42,447 nt of DNA from an uncultured Helcococcus sp. (lineage in GTDB: Bacteria; Bacillota; Clostridia; Tissierellales; Peptoniphilaceae). The notes under the pieces are model-generated. The model had not been told where the DNA came from. It made no database searches and was given only the letters and a program-made list of their open reading frames with translations. Each line of letters begins with the position of its first letter. Within the stretch, counting starts at the first letter, position 1. The stretch spans positions 1 through 42,447 of the forward strand of contig CAMXYZ010000001.1 of the NCBI GenBank assembly GCA_947253305.1, written 5' to 3'. Positions 18,442 through 28,534 of the stretch are shown piece by piece. The position numbers and the translations under genes are program-made.

Positions 18442-19074
18442 ATGCATAATGTAACGATAATTGGTGTATGTGGTGGTTCTGCATCAGGTAAAACAACGAT
18501 AGTTAATAAATTAAGGAAAAAATACGACAATGATTTAATCGTTCTAGGACATGATTTTTACTACAAAGCTCACGACAATTTAAATTATGAAGAGAGAAGT
18601 AAATTAAATTACGACCATCCTTCTGCTTTTGAAACCGAAAGATTGATAAATGATATAATTCAATTAAAGGAAGGGAAAGAAGTATATAGACCGGTATATG
18701 ATTACACAATTCATAATAGGTCTGATGAAGTAGTTTTAGTTAAGCCTAAGCCTGTCATAGTTGTTGAAGGTATACTCATTCTTGAAAATAAAAAATTAAG
18801 AGATTTAATGGATATCAAAATATTTGTAGATACCGACAGCGATGAAAGAATTCTTAGAAGAATTCAAAGGGATGTAATTGAGAGAGGAAGATCAATCGAA
18901 TCTGTGATTTCACAATATAGAGATACTGTTAAACCAATGCACGAACAATTCATCGAACCAACAAGAAAATATGCAGATATAATCATTCCACACGGTGGAC
19001 GAAACACAATAGCTATCGAGATGTTAATGAACAATATATCCCGTATTGTTAAAAAGAATCTAAAAAGTGAATAG
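18442..19074 (+). CDS. udk: Uridine kinase
   Basis: GGSASGKTT, NYDHP, VEGIL, RRIQRD, PMHEQFIEP. Confidence 0.95.
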   Translation: MHNVTIIGVCGGSASGKTTIVNKLRKKYDNDLIVLGHDFYYKAHDNLNYEERSKLNYDHPSAFETERLINDIIQLKEGKEVYRPVYDYTIHNRSDEVVLVKPKPVIVVEGILILENKKLRDLMDIKIFVDTDSDERILRRIQRDVIERGRSIESVISQYRDTVKPMHEQFIEPTRKYADIIIPHGGRNTIAIEMLMNNISRIVKKNLKSE

Positions 19075-19087
19075 AATAAAATTTATG

Positions 19088-19119
19088 AATACTGCTGGTA
19101 AATGCCAGTGGTATTTTTT
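19088..19119 (+). terminator. Intrinsic terminator after udk
   Basis: AATACTGCTGGTA/TGCCAGTGGTATT stem plus T tract. Confidence 0.8.
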
Positions 19120-19128
19120 GTTTAAAAT

Positions 19129-19152
19129 AAAAAAGAACGTATTAAACGTTCT
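19129..19152 (-). terminator. Probable terminator of the tRNA pair
   Basis: AGAACGT/ACGTTCT stem followed by a T run on the minus strand, right after the tRNA-Leu CCA. Confidence 0.6.
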
Positions 19153-19156
19153 CTAA

Positions 19157-19241
19157 TGGTGCGGATAAAAGGAGTCGAACCTTCACATCCGAAGATACTA
19201 GATCCTAAGTCTAGCGCGTCTGCCAATTCCGCCATATCCGC
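19157..19241 (-). tRNA. tRNA-Leu(TAG)
   Basis: Reverse complement GCGGATATGGCGGAATTGGCAGACGCG-CTAGA CT TAG GA TCTAG-variable arm-GGTTCGACTCC...CCGCACCA. Confidence 0.96.
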
Positions 19242-19242
19242 A

Positions 19243-19318
19243 TGGGGTGAGTAATGGGATTTGAACCCACGATACCAGGAGCCACAATCCTGTGCCTTAC
19301 CACTTGGCTATACCCACC
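19243..19318 (-). tRNA. tRNA-His(GTG)
   Basis: Reverse complement GGTGGGTATAGCCAAGTGGTAAGGCA-CAGGA TT GTG GC TCCTG...GGTTCAAATCC...CACCCCA; encoded G-1 and C73. Confidence 0.96.
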
Positions 19319-19339
19319 AAAAATGTGATTACCTTATAT

Positions 19340-19368
19340 AATATATACTATTTTTTAATTGATGTCAA
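19340..19368 (-). promoter_or_regulatory. Sigma-A promoter for the tRNA-His/tRNA-Leu pair
   Basis: TTGACA-17bp-TATATT on the minus strand, about 20 nt upstream of tRNA-His. Confidence 0.8.
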
Positions 19369-19703
19369 ATTAAAAATAAAGAGAATTTATTAATTTCATT
19401 TTTTGTGCTATAGAACAAGGATTAAAAATAACTTATGTTATGATTTTGATAATCAATACTATTTTTTAGAAAAAAATATTTGCTCATTATCAAAAATAGT
19501 AAATATAAAAATTATAGTGTTAATAAAATGAATTGATATATATTTTTAATTCTCTTCTATAATATATTATAATATAGGCTATAAAATAATATGGTGAAAA
19601 TTGACTTAAAAATTTGAAATATAGGAAAAATTTTTAATCTACTTTTAAATTATTAAATAAATGTAATATTTTTCATATAAAAAACTTTAAATTGTAATAT
19701 AAC

Positions 19704-19732
19704 TTGAAATAATTTTGTTTTTTTAGTATTAT
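19704..19732 (+). promoter_or_regulatory. Sigma-A promoter of the S10 operon
   Basis: TTGAAA-17bp-TATTAT with AT-rich upstream DNA. Confidence 0.65.
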
Positions 19733-19749
19733 AGTCGAGTACTAAAAAT

Positions 19750-19900
19750 TAGCAATGAAGTGAGAGGTTGCTTAAAACGTCACTTCTAAGGCGTTTTGAG
19801 GTAATTCACACAGAGTTAGTTCAAATAAAATTTGGGCGAGGTAGCATCGCTTTTTTTATGTAAAGGTTTAGTACACCCGGAAGCGAGTATGCTACAAAAT
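19750..19900 (+). promoter_or_regulatory. Structured rpsJ (S10) 5' leader
   Basis: Three hairpins (about 19760-19811, 19819-19837, 19841-19895); GAAGTGAGAGGTTGC and ACACCCGG resemble Firmicute rpsJ leaders as recalled. Confidence 0.55.
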
Positions 19901-19912
19901 ATAGGAGGAGAA

Positions 19913-20224
19913 ATGGCAATCAAGCAAAAAATTAGAATTAGATTAAGAGCTTATGATCACGAGTTGATCGACTCATCAGCTCAAAAGATAGTAGAAGCAT
20001 GTAAGAGAAGTGGAGCAGAAGTTTCAGGACCAATTCCACTACCTACAGAAATCGAAAAAATAACAATTATCAGAGCGGTTCACAAATATAAAGATTCAAG
20101 AGAACAATTTGAACAAAGAACACATAAGAGATTAATTGATATTATTAATCCAAATGCAAAGACATTAGACGCTCTAAAGAAACTAAATCTACCAGCTGGT
20201 GTAGATATCGAAATTAAATTATAA
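19913..20224 (+). CDS. rpsJ: 30S ribosomal protein S10
   Basis: [11 protein letters not shown]...GPIPLPT...[11 protein letters not shown]; start reassigned to the ATG after AGGAGG. Confidence 0.98.
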   Translation: MAIKQKIRIRLRAYDHELIDSSAQKIVEACKRSGAEVSGPIPLPTEIEKITIIRAVHKYKDSREQFEQRTHKRLIDIINPNAKTLDALKKLNLPAGVDIEIKL

Positions 20225-20271
20225 ACTTAGTATGATCATGTAATGTGATCCAATGTAAGAAAGGGGAAATG

Positions 20272-20904
20272 ATGAAAGGTATATTAGGAACAAAACTGGG
20301 AATGACTCAGTTATTTGATGAAACTGGTAATGTATTTCCAGTAACAGTAGTTCAAGCTGGTCCAGTTGTTGTAACACAAATTAAAACTGTTGAAAATGAC
20401 GGTTATAATGCAATTCAAGTTGGTTTTATGGAAAGAAAAGAAAAACATGCTAACCAACCAATGAAGGGACATTTTGCTAAAGCTAATGTAGAGTTAAAGA
20501 GATATTTAAGAGAGTTTTTAGTAGACAATGCTGAAGACTTTGAAATAGGACAAGAGATTAATGTTTCTGTTTTTGAAGCGAATGACATGGTTGATGTTAC
20601 TGGAACTTCAAAAGGTAAAGGAACACAAGGTGCAATAAAGAGACATAACTTTAGTAGAGGGCCTGAATCACATGGTTCTAAATCACATAGAACTGCTGGT
20701 GCAAGACAAGCTGCTGCTTATCCTGCAAGAGTGTTCAAAGGAACAAAAGGATCAGGTAAAATGGGAAATGATAGAGTAACAGTTCAAAATCTTGAAATAG
20801 TAAGAGTTGATGAAGAGAACAATTTACTTCTAATCAAAGGAGCTATCCCTGGACCTAAAGGTGGATTAGTAACTGTAAATGAAGCAAAGAAAGCTTCTAA
20901 ATAG
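20272..20904 (+). CDS. rplC: 50S ribosomal protein L3
   Basis: MKGILGTKLGMTQ, DGYNAIQVG, SKGKG; start at 20272 (or 20269) after AAGGGG. Confidence 0.97.
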   Translation: MKGILGTKLGMTQLFDETGNVFPVTVVQAGPVVVTQIKTVENDGYNAIQVGFMERKEKHANQPMKGHFAKANVELKRYLREFLVDNAEDFEIGQEINVSVFEANDMVDVTGTSKGKGTQGAIKRHNFSRGPESHGSKSHRTAGARQAAAYPARVFKGTKGSGKMGNDRVTVQNLEIVRVDEENNLLLIKGAIPGPKGGLVTVNEAKKASK

Positions 20905-20918
20905 GAAGGAGATAGTAT

Positions 20919-21542
20919 ATGCCTAATGTTAATGTATTAGATATAAAAGGTAATAATGTAGGTTCAATTGATTTACCAGAATCACTATTTGGAGCTGAAA
21001 TCAACGAACATATTGTTTATGAAGTTGTAAAAAATCAATTAGCAAACAAGAGACAAGGTACTCAATCTGCAAAAACAAGAGCAGAAGTTAGGGGTGGTGG
21101 TAGAAAGCCATGGAGACAAAAGGGTACAGGTAGAGCAAGACAAGGTTCAATAAGATCTCCACAATGGAGAGGTGGTGGAGTGGTATTTGCTCCAAAGCCA
21201 AGAGATTATTCTTATGCAGTACCAAAGAAAGTTAGAAGAAAAGCATTAAAATCATTATTAACTTCAAAAGTTGTAGAAGAAGAAATAATCGTATTGAACG
21301 AATTAAACTTAGATGAAATTAGCACAAAGAATGCTTTAGAAGTATTAAAAGCAATTAAAGCTGACAAGACAGCATATATTGTAATTGATGAAGCAAGTGA
21401 AAATGTATATAAATCATTTAGAAATATTCCAGGTGTTGAAGTTGTAGTAGTAAACAATATGAATGTATATGACTTAATCAAACACAATTCATTAATTATA
21501 ACTGAAGCTGCAATCAATAAGGCAGAGGAGGTATTCGCATAA
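20919..21542 (+). CDS. rplD: 50S ribosomal protein L4
   Basis: RQGTQSAKTRAEVRGGGRKPWRQKGTGRARQGS. Confidence 0.98.
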   Translation: MPNVNVLDIKGNNVGSIDLPESLFGAEINEHIVYEVVKNQLANKRQGTQSAKTRAEVRGGGRKPWRQKGTGRARQGSIRSPQWRGGGVVFAPKPRDYSYAVPKKVRRKALKSLLTSKVVEEEIIVLNELNLDEISTKNALEVLKAIKADKTAYIVIDEASENVYKSFRNIPGVEVVVVNNMNVYDLIKHNSLIITEAAINKAEEVFA

Positions 21543-21835
21543 TGAAATCACCTTACGATATAGTATTAGCTCCAATAGTATCAGAAAGATCTATGGAACT
21601 AATGGAAGAAAATAAATATGTATTTAAAGTTGATAAGAGATCAACAAAAGCGGAAATTAAAGAAGCTATTGAAAAGATTTTTGATGGTGTTAAAGTAAAA
21701 AAAGTTAACACAATGAATGTTCTAGGTAAAACTACAAGATTAGGTAGAACAGAAGGTAAAAAATCTGACTGGAAAAAAGCAATAGTTACATTAAAAGAAG
21801 ATTCAAAATCAATTGAATTCTTTGAAGGTATGTAA
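21542..21835 (+). CDS. rplW: 50S ribosomal protein L23
   Basis: PIVSERS, KVNTMN, WKKAIVTL; operon position. Confidence 0.97.
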   Translation: MKSPYDIVLAPIVSERSMELMEENKYVFKVDKRSTKAEIKEAIEKIFDGVKVKKVNTMNVLGKTTRLGRTEGKKSDWKKAIVTLKEDSKSIEFFEGM

Positions 21836-21851
21836 TAGTTAGGGGGATAAA

Positions 21852-22682
21852 ATGGCTATAAAAAAATATAAACCAACTTCTGCTGGGCTTCGTTCAATGT
21901 CAGTGTTATCATTTGATGAAATTACAAAGAAAGCACCAGAAAAATCATTGACAGCACCATTAAAGAAATCAGGTGGTAGAAATAACTTAGGTAGAACTAC
22001 TTCAAGATTTAGAGGTGGCGGAACTAAGAGAAGATATAGAATTATAGATTTTAAGAGAGATAAAGAAGGCATACCGGGAAAGGTAGCAGCTATAGAATAC
22101 GATCCAAATAGAACAGCTAATATAGCTTTAATTCATTATGTAGATGGTGAAAAGAGATATATCTTAGCTCCATTAGGATTAAAAGTTGGTGATATGGTTG
22201 AAGCTGGAGAAAATGCTGATATTGTAAGAGGTAATGCTTTACAATTGAAAGATATCCCAGTAGGTACAACAATTCACAATATTGAGATGAAACCAGGTAA
22301 AGGTGGACAATTAGTTAGAACAGCTGGAGCTGAAGCTCAACTAGCTGGTAAAGAAGGAAAATACGGTATCGTTAGATTACCTTCAGGAGAAATAAGAAGA
22401 CTTGATATCAGATGTAAAGCGACAATCGGTCAAGTTGGTAATTTAGAACACGAATTAGTTACACTAGGTAAAGCTGGTAAGTCTAGATACTTGGGTAGAA
22501 GACCTCACGTAAGAGGTTCAGCGATGAACCCAGTAGATCACCCACACGGTGGTGGTGAAGGTAGAGCACCAGTAGGTAGACCACAACCAATGACACCTTG
22601 GGGTAAGAAATCTCGTGGTGTTAAGACTAGAGATATTAAGAAGAAATCAAATAAAGATATAATCAGAAGAAGAACTAAATAG
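21852..22682 (+). CDS. rplB: 50S ribosomal protein L2
   Basis: [24 protein letters not shown]. Confidence 0.98.
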   Translation: MAIKKYKPTSAGLRSMSVLSFDEITKKAPEKSLTAPLKKSGGRNNLGRTTSRFRGGGTKRRYRIIDFKRDKEGIPGKVAAIEYDPNRTANIALIHYVDGEKRYILAPLGLKVGDMVEAGENADIVRGNALQLKDIPVGTTIHNIEMKPGKGGQLVRTAGAEAQLAGKEGKYGIVRLPSGEIRRLDIRCKATIGQVGNLEHELVTLGKAGKSRYLGRRPHVRGSAMNPVDHPHGGGEGRAPVGRPQPMTPWGKKSRGVKTRDIKKKSNKDIIRRRTK

Positions 22683-22698
22683 ATCCAGGAGGTAAGAA

Positions 22699-22983
22699 AT
22701 GGGTAGATCTCTCAAGAAGGGACCATTCGCTGACGACCACTTAATGAAAAAAGTGGAAGAGTTAAATGAAAAAAATGATAAAAAAGTTATTCAAACTTGG
22801 TCAAGAAGATCAACAATATTCCCAGAATTCGTTGGACATACAATAGCAGTTCACGATGGGAGAAAACATGTTCCTATATATATAACAGAAGATATGGTAG
22901 GTCACAAATTAGGTGAATTCGTATCCACAAGAACATATAGAGGACACGATAAAAATGACAGAACAAGTAAGGTAAAGAGATAG
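22699..22983 (+). CDS. rpsS: 30S ribosomal protein S19
   Basis: [23 protein letters not shown]. Confidence 0.98.
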   Translation: MGRSLKKGPFADDHLMKKVEELNEKNDKKVIQTWSRRSTIFPEFVGHTIAVHDGRKHVPIYITEDMVGHKLGEFVSTRTYRGHDKNDRTSKVKR

Positions 22984-22992
22984 GAGGATAGA

Positions 22993-23328
22993 ATGGAAGT
23001 TAGAGCAGAAGCAAAATACGTACGTATTTCACCATTAAAAGTACATTTTATCTGTAATGAAATAGTTGGTAAAAGCGTTGATGAAGCGCTAAATATCCTA
23101 AGATTTACACCAAAGAAAGGTGCTAAATTATTAGAAGATGTTTTAAAATCAGCTATTGCAAATGCTGAAAACAATCATAATTTAAACAGAGATATGTTAA
23201 TTGTAGAAAAAGCTTGGGCAAATGATGGACCAACCATGAAGAGAATTAGACCAAAAGCAAAAGGTTCAGCTTATCCAATACTTAAGAGAACATCACATAT
23301 CGGTGTTACTGTAAGAGAACAAGAATAG
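22993..23328 (+). CDS. rplV: 50S ribosomal protein L22
   Basis: KSAIANAENN, GPTMKR, KRTSHI. Confidence 0.97.
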   Translation: MEVRAEAKYVRISPLKVHFICNEIVGKSVDEALNILRFTPKKGAKLLEDVLKSAIANAENNHNLNRDMLIVEKAWANDGPTMKRIRPKAKGSAYPILKRTSHIGVTVREQE

Positions 23329-23337
23329 GAGGAATAA

Positions 23338-24054
23338 ATGGGTCAAAAAGTTAATCCACATGGTATGAGAGTTGGGATTATCAAAGATTGGAATTCCAAA
23401 TGGTTCGCAGATAAGAAAGACTTTGCTAGCTTATTAGCAGAAGATAATAAAATTAGAACTTATGTAAAAAAATCACAATATCAAGCAGGCGTATCAAAGA
23501 TTGATATTGAAAGATCATTAAATAGAATTAAAGTAACAATTTATACAGCAAAACCAGGTATGATAATAGGTAAGGGTGGAGCTGGTGTAGATTCACTAAA
23601 AAACAAATTAGAAAAGATGACTAATAAACAAGTTATCGTAAATATTGAAGAAGTAAAAAACACAGCATTAAATGCTCAACTACAAGCAGAAAAAATTGCT
23701 GAAGACTTAGAAAAGAGAATTACATTTAGAAGAGCTATGAAACAAGCTATCCAAAGAACTATGAAATCAGGGGCTAAAGGTATTAAGACAATGGTTTCTG
23801 GTAGATTAGGTGGAGCTGATATGGCTAGATCTGAAGGGTATTCAGAAGGTAATATTCCTCTACAAACTTTAAGAGCAGATATCGACTATGGATTTGCTGA
23901 AGCAGATACAACATACGGTAAAATTGGTGTTAAAGTTTGGATTTATAAAGGTGAAATACTTCCTGGACAAGATTCTGTTGAAGAACCAAGACCAGCTAGA
24001 AGAAATAGAAACCAAAGAGGAAGAAACAATAGATCAAATGATAATAGAAGATAA
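23338..24054 (+). CDS. rpsC: 30S ribosomal protein S3
   Basis: [30 protein letters not shown]. Confidence 0.98.
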   Translation: MGQKVNPHGMRVGIIKDWNSKWFADKKDFASLLAEDNKIRTYVKKSQYQAGVSKIDIERSLNRIKVTIYTAKPGMIIGKGGAGVDSLKNKLEKMTNKQVIVNIEEVKNTALNAQLQAEKIAEDLEKRITFRRAMKQAIQRTMKSGAKGIKTMVSGRLGGADMARSEGYSEGNIPLQTLRADIDYGFAEADTTYGKIGVKVWIYKGEILPGQDSVEEPRPARRNRNQRGRNNRSNDNRR

Positions 24055-24101
24055 GAGATTTTATACACCAATTAATGTAATTGGTTAAAGGAGGAATAGT
24101 T

Positions 24102-24533
24102 ATGCTAATGCCTAAAAGAGTAAAGCGTCGTAGAGTTCATAGAGGCAGAATGAAAGGTAACGCTCACAGAGGTAATCATCTTGCATATGGAGAGTATGGA
24201 TTACAAGCATTAGAACCTTCATGGATAACTTCAAATCAAATTGAAGCTGCCAGAAGAGCAATGACAAGATATGTTAAAAGGGGTGGTAATATCTGGATTA
24301 AGATTTTCCCAGATAAACCAGTTTCAAAGAAACCTGCAGAAGTAAGAATGGGTTCCGGTAAAGGTGCGCCAGAATATTGGGTAGCAGTTGTAAAACCAGG
24401 AAGAATCATGTTCGAAATGGGTGGTGTTGCTGAAGATGTAGCAAGAGAAGCTATGAGACTAGCTAGTGCAAAGTTACCAATTAAAACAAAATTCGTAACT
24501 CGTACAGGTCCAGGAGAAAGTGAGGGCAACTAA
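24102..24533 (+). CDS. rplP: 50S ribosomal protein L16
   Basis: [20 protein letters not shown]; start reassigned to the ATG after AGGAGG. Confidence 0.97.
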   Translation: MLMPKRVKRRRVHRGRMKGNAHRGNHLAYGEYGLQALEPSWITSNQIEAARRAMTRYVKRGGNIWIKIFPDKPVSKKPAEVRMGSGKGAPEYWVAVVKPGRIMFEMGGVAEDVAREAMRLASAKLPIKTKFVTRTGPGESEGN

Positions 24534-24535
24534 TA

Positions 24536-24742
24536 ATGAAAGCAAAAGAAATTAGAAAATTATCCGATCAAGAACTTGAGAATAAATTAGCTAGCTTAAA
24601 AGAAGAATTATTTAACTTAAGATTCCAAGCAGCTACAGGACAAATCGAAAGTATGAATTCAATCGGAGCGATTAAACAAGATATAGCAAGAGTTAAAACA
24701 ATACAAACAGAAAGAAAATTAAATTTAAATAGAGGAGCTTAA
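24536..24742 (+). CDS. rpmC: 50S ribosomal protein L29
   Basis: [13 protein letters not shown]...IARVKT. Confidence 0.97.
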   Translation: MKAKEIRKLSDQELENKLASLKEELFNLRFQAATGQIESMNSIGAIKQDIARVKTIQTERKLNLNRGA

Positions 24743-24744
24743 TT

Positions 24745-24999
24745 ATGGAAAGAAATCAAAGAAGAACCATGATTGGCATGGTGGTTTCTGATAAAATGGA
24801 TAAAACTATTTCTGTAGAAGTTTCAAGATCAGTTAAGCATCCACTTTATAAGAAATTTATAACAAGAAGTAAGAAGATTAAAGCACACGATGAAAACAAC
24901 GTGGCTAAAGAAGGCGATAAAGTATTAGTTATGGAAACAAGACCTTTATCTAAAACAAAAAGATTTAGACTTGTTGAAGTACTAGAAGAAGCTAAATAG
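24745..24999 (+). CDS. rpsQ: 30S ribosomal protein S17
   Basis: [24 protein letters not shown]. Confidence 0.98.
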   Translation: MERNQRRTMIGMVVSDKMDKTISVEVSRSVKHPLYKKFITRSKKIKAHDENNVAKEGDKVLVMETRPLSKTKRFRLVEVLEEAK

Positions 25000-25028
25000 A
25001 CTTTTATTTCTGGAAGAAGGAGGATCAG

Positions 25029-25397
25029 ATGATTCAAACAGAGACACGTATGAAAGTTGCAGATAATTCAGGTGCAAAAGAGCTACTAGTTATAAAAGTT
25101 TTAGGCGGATCAAAGAGAAAATACGCTAACATTGGTGACGTAGTAGTGTGTTCAGTAAAAAGTGCTACTCCTGGTGGGGTGGTTAAGAAGGGTTCTGTTG
25201 TTAAGGCAGTAATTGTAAGAACAAAATCTGGATTAGATAGAGCTGACGGTTCATACATAAAATTTGATGACAATGCAGCAGTTATTGTAAAAGAAGATAA
25301 AAACCCAGCTGGTACACGTATATTTGGACCTGTAACAAGAGAACTAAGAGCAAATGGTTTTATGAAAATCATTTCTTTAGCTCCAGAAGTTTTATAG
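25029..25397 (+). CDS. rplN: 50S ribosomal protein L14
   Basis: [28 protein letters not shown]. Confidence 0.98.
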   Translation: MIQTETRMKVADNSGAKELLVIKVLGGSKRKYANIGDVVVCSVKSATPGGVVKKGSVVKAVIVRTKSGLDRADGSYIKFDDNAAVIVKEDKNPAGTRIFGPVTRELRANGFMKIISLAPEVL

Positions 25398-25406
25398 GAG
25401 GAAAAT

Positions 25407-25718
25407 ATGCATATAAAGACTGGTGATAAAGTACAAGTAATTAAAGGTAAAGATAGAGGGGAAGTAGGTAAAGTATTAGCAACTTTTCCATCTGAAAATA
25501 AAGTAATAGTTGAAAAGGTAAATATTCAAATAAAACATCAAAAACCAACTTCAGCTGTTCAACAAGGTGGTATAGTAGAAAGAGAAGGAAAAATACATGC
25601 ATCAAATGTTCTATTATACGATGAAAAGCTAGGTAGAGGGGTAAGAACAAGAACAGATATTATCGATAATAAAAAAGTTCGTGTATCTACTAAATCTGGC
25701 GAAAAATTAGACAAATAG
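25407..25718 (+). CDS. rplX: 50S ribosomal protein L24
   Basis: KOW motif GDKVQVIKGKDRG, IHASNV. Confidence 0.97.
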   Translation: MHIKTGDKVQVIKGKDRGEVGKVLATFPSENKVIVEKVNIQIKHQKPTSAVQQGGIVEREGKIHASNVLLYDEKLGRGVRTRTDIIDNKKVRVSTKSGEKLDK

Positions 25719-25730
25719 AAGGGGGATAAT

Positions 25731-26273
25731 GTGACTTCTAGATTGAAAGAATTATACAAAAATGATGTTTTACCTGCATTAGTAAAAGAGTTTGATTATG
25801 ATAATGTTATGCAGGCACCAAAGCTTGAAAAGATTATTGTAAATATCGGTTTAGGTGAAGCAAAAGACAATCCTAAATTATTGGAATCAGCTGTAGAAGA
25901 AATTAGAACAATAACAGGTCAACAACCAGTTATTACTAAAGCAAGAAAGTCAATTTCTAACTTCAAACTTCGTGAAGGCCAACCAATCGGTTGTAAAGTA
26001 ACTTTACGTGGTAGAAAGATGGAAGATTTCTTTGATAAATTAGTTAATATTGCATTGCCAAGAGTTAGAGACTTCAGAGGTGTTCCAACAACTTCATTTG
26101 ACGGTAGAGGAAATTACGCTTTAGGAATTAAAGAACAATTAATTTTCCCAGAAATCGTATTTGACAATATTGAACAAATAAGAGGTATGGATATCATTGT
26201 TGTTACTACAGCTCAAACTGACGAAGAAGGAAGAGCATTACTAGAAAAACTTGGAATGCCTTTCAAGAAGTAG
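25731..26273 (+). CDS. rplE: 50S ribosomal protein L5
   Basis: [25 protein letters not shown] start. Confidence 0.98.
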   Translation: MTSRLKELYKNDVLPALVKEFDYDNVMQAPKLEKIIVNIGLGEAKDNPKLLESAVEEIRTITGQQPVITKARKSISNFKLREGQPIGCKVTLRGRKMEDFFDKLVNIALPRVRDFRGVPTTSFDGRGNYALGIKEQLIFPEIVFDNIEQIRGMDIIVVTTAQTDEEGRALLEKLGMPFKK

Positions 26274-26286
26274 GTAAGGAGATAAT

Positions 26287-26472
26287 ATGGCAAAAAAATC
26301 AATGATTGCAAAACAAAAAAGAAAACAAAAATTCTCATCAAGAGAATATACAAGATGTAACTTATGCGGAAGACCACATTCAGTTTTAAGAAAATATGGA
26401 ATTTGTCGTATATGTTTTAGAGAACTTGCATACAAAGGTGAAATTCCTGGTGTGAAAAAATCAAGTTGGTAA
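26287..26472 (+). CDS. rpsZ: 30S ribosomal protein S14 type Z (Zn-binding, C+)
   Basis: 61 aa; CxxC...CxxC (RCNLCGRP...ICRICFR). Confidence 0.96.
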   Translation: MAKKSMIAKQKRKQKFSSREYTRCNLCGRPHSVLRKYGICRICFRELAYKGEIPGVKKSSW

Positions 26473-26489
26473 GAAGGGGGTAAATATTT

Positions 26490-26882
26490 ATGATGACTGA
26501 TCCAATAGCAGATATGCTATCAAGAATTAGAAATGGAAATATGGCAAGACACAAATCAGTAGAAATCCCTGCATCTAACATAAAAAAAGACCTTGCACAA
26601 ATCTTATTAGACGAAGGATATATTAAAGGTTTTTACGTAACAGAAGATGACAAACAAGGAATTATAACAATAGACTTAAAATATGTAGATGATGAAAGAG
26701 TTATTACAGGATTAAAGAGAATTTCAAAACCTGGACGTAGAGTATATGTTTCAGCACAAGATGTTCCACAAGTACTAAATGGGCTAGGAACAGCTATCAT
26801 ATCTACATCAAAAGGAGTTTTAACTGATAAGAAAGCAAGAAAAGAATCAGTTGGTGGCGAGGTTATCTGCTACATCTGGTAA
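26490..26882 (+). CDS. rpsH: 30S ribosomal protein S8
   Basis: [26 protein letters not shown]. Confidence 0.98.
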   Translation: MMTDPIADMLSRIRNGNMARHKSVEIPASNIKKDLAQILLDEGYIKGFYVTEDDKQGIITIDLKYVDDERVITGLKRISKPGRRVYVSAQDVPQVLNGLGTAIISTSKGVLTDKKARKESVGGEVICYIW

Positions 26883-26903
26883 TATTCCAACAAGGAGGAG
26901 AAT

Positions 26904-27440
26904 ATGTCAAGAATTGGATTAAAACCAATACAAATCCCTGCTGGAGTTGAGATTAAAGTAACAGATGGACTAGTAGAAGTTAAGGGTCCAAAAGGAACTT
27001 TATCACAAGATATTAGTAGAGATTTCGTATTAAATATTGAAGAAAAAGAAGCAGTTTTACAAAGACCTTCAGATTCAAAAGAACATAGATCATTACACGG
27101 ACTATATAGAACATTAATTGAAAATATGGTTATTGGTGTTACAGAAGGTTATAAAAAACAATTAGAAATTGTAGGTACAGGATACAGAGCTCAAAAACAA
27201 GGAAATAAATTAAATCTAAGCCTTGGTTTTTCACATCCTTTACTATTAGAAGATCCAGAAGGTATCACAACTGAAGTACCTAATGAAAGAACAATCATCA
27301 TTAGTGGTATAGACAAACAATTAGTTGGTAATTATACTGCAAAGATTAGAGGATATAGACCACCAGAACCATATAAAGGTAAAGGTGTTAAGTATTCAGA
27401 TGAACACATTAGAAGAAAAGTTGGTAAGACTGGTAAATAG
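26904..27440 (+). CDS. rplF: 50S ribosomal protein L6
   Basis: MSRIG, KGPKG, RPPEPYKGKG. Confidence 0.98.
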   Translation: MSRIGLKPIQIPAGVEIKVTDGLVEVKGPKGTLSQDISRDFVLNIEEKEAVLQRPSDSKEHRSLHGLYRTLIENMVIGVTEGYKKQLEIVGTGYRAQKQGNKLNLSLGFSHPLLLEDPEGITTEVPNERTIIISGIDKQLVGNYTAKIRGYRPPEPYKGKGVKYSDEHIRRKVGKTGK

Positions 27441-27453
27441 AAGGGAGTGATTT

Positions 27454-27816
27454 ATGTCAAATATAAATAAAAGTGCAAATAGAAAAGCAAGACATTTAAG
27501 AGTTAGAAGAAAAATTAGTGGTACTCCTGAAAGACCAAGATTAAGTGTATATAAAAGTAATGCGAATATATATGCTCAAATTATCGATGATGTTAATGGT
27601 GTAACTTTAGCAAGTGCGTCAACATTAGATAAGACTTTTGCAGAAGATAATCTATCTTCAAATAAAGAATCAGCTAAAAAAGTTGGTGAATTAGTAGCAA
27701 AGAGAGCAATCGAAAAAGGTATTGATACAGTAGTATTCGACAGATCAGGTTATATATATCACGGCAAAGTAAAAGAACTAGCAGAATCAGCAAGAGAAGC
27801 TGGTTTGAAATTTTAG
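27454..27816 (+). CDS. rplR: 50S ribosomal protein L18
   Basis: [26 protein letters not shown]. Confidence 0.98.
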   Translation: MSNINKSANRKARHLRVRRKISGTPERPRLSVYKSNANIYAQIIDDVNGVTLASASTLDKTFAEDNLSSNKESAKKVGELVAKRAIEKGIDTVVFDRSGYIYHGKVKELAESAREAGLKF

Positions 27817-27828
27817 TCGGGAGGAAAC

Positions 27829-28332
27829 ATGGCAAGAGATAATGTAAGAAACAAATCAGAATTTGAAGAAAAAGTTGTTCATATTTCCAGAGTTACAAAG
27901 GTAGCTAAGGGTGGTAGAACAATGAGATTCTCAGCACTTGTAGTAGTTGGAAATAGAAAAGGTACAGTTGGTATCGGTATAGGTAAAGCTAACGAAGTAC
28001 CAGAAGCTATTAGAAAAGGTGTTGAAGATGCAAAGAAAAATGCCGTTGAAATTAACATAGTTAATGGAACAATCCCACACGAAATTTATGGTGAAAAAGG
28101 CGCTGGATTAGTACTATTAAAACCTGCAGGAGAAGGGGTCGGTGTTATTGCCGGTGGTGCAGTAAGAGCTGTTTGTGAATTAGCTGGTATTACAAATATC
28201 AGAGCTAAGTCATTAGGTTCAGCAAATCCTAAGAGTGTTGTTAATGCAACATTAGCAGGTCTAACAAGTGTTAAAACAGTTGAAGAAGTAGCTAGACTTC
28301 GTGGTAAAAGTGTTGATGAAATACTAAACTAG
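27829..28332 (+). CDS. rpsE: 30S ribosomal protein S5
   Basis: [25 protein letters not shown]. Confidence 0.98.
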   Translation: MARDNVRNKSEFEEKVVHISRVTKVAKGGRTMRFSALVVVGNRKGTVGIGIGKANEVPEAIRKGVEDAKKNAVEINIVNGTIPHEIYGEKGAGLVLLKPAGEGVGVIAGGAVRAVCELAGITNIRAKSLGSANPKSVVNATLAGLTSVKTVEEVARLRGKSVDEILN

Positions 28333-28341
28333 GAGGGAAAG

Positions 28342-28524
28342 ATGGCTAAATTAGAAATTAAACTTGTAAGAAGTACAATTGGTAGATTAGACAAACATAA
28401 AAAGACAGTTGAAGCACTAGGACTAAAAAAAGTTGGACAAACAGTTGTTAAAGAAGACAATCCAGCAATAAGAGGTATGGTTAATTCAATCGACTTTATG
28501 TTAGAAGTTAAAGAAGTTGAATAG
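28342..28524 (+). CDS. rpmD: 50S ribosomal protein L30
   Basis: LVRSTIG, ALGLKK, PAIRGM. Confidence 0.97.
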   Translation: MAKLEIKLVRSTIGRLDKHKKTVEALGLKKVGQTVVKEDNPAIRGMVNSIDFMLEVKEVE

Positions 28525-28534
28525 GAGGTGTTCG

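Noticed and set aside
19370..19700. Very AT-rich intergenic tract as possible oriC, Fur site or sRNA; includes the inverted repeat TTTTGATAAT (19444-19453)/ATTATCAAAA (19486-19495)
   Set aside because: No TTATCCACA DnaA boxes seen; the Fur-like half-sites are wrongly spaced and expected by chance at this AT content; adequately explained as UP-element DNA between two strong divergent promoters.
19832..19912. 27-aa N-terminal extension of S10 (also ORF-track extensions of L3, L16, L15)
   Set aside because: Strong RBSs precede the downstream ATGs that give canonical N-termini.
23985..24054. R/N-rich repetitive tail of S3
   Set aside because: Low-complexity basic tails are common in S3; not a DNA repeat element.
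24067..24085. Small hairpin ACCAATTA/TAATTGGT between rpsC and rplP (similar one at about 20234-20250)
   Set aside because: Short and AT-rich with no U tract; at most a processing or stability element, unsupported.
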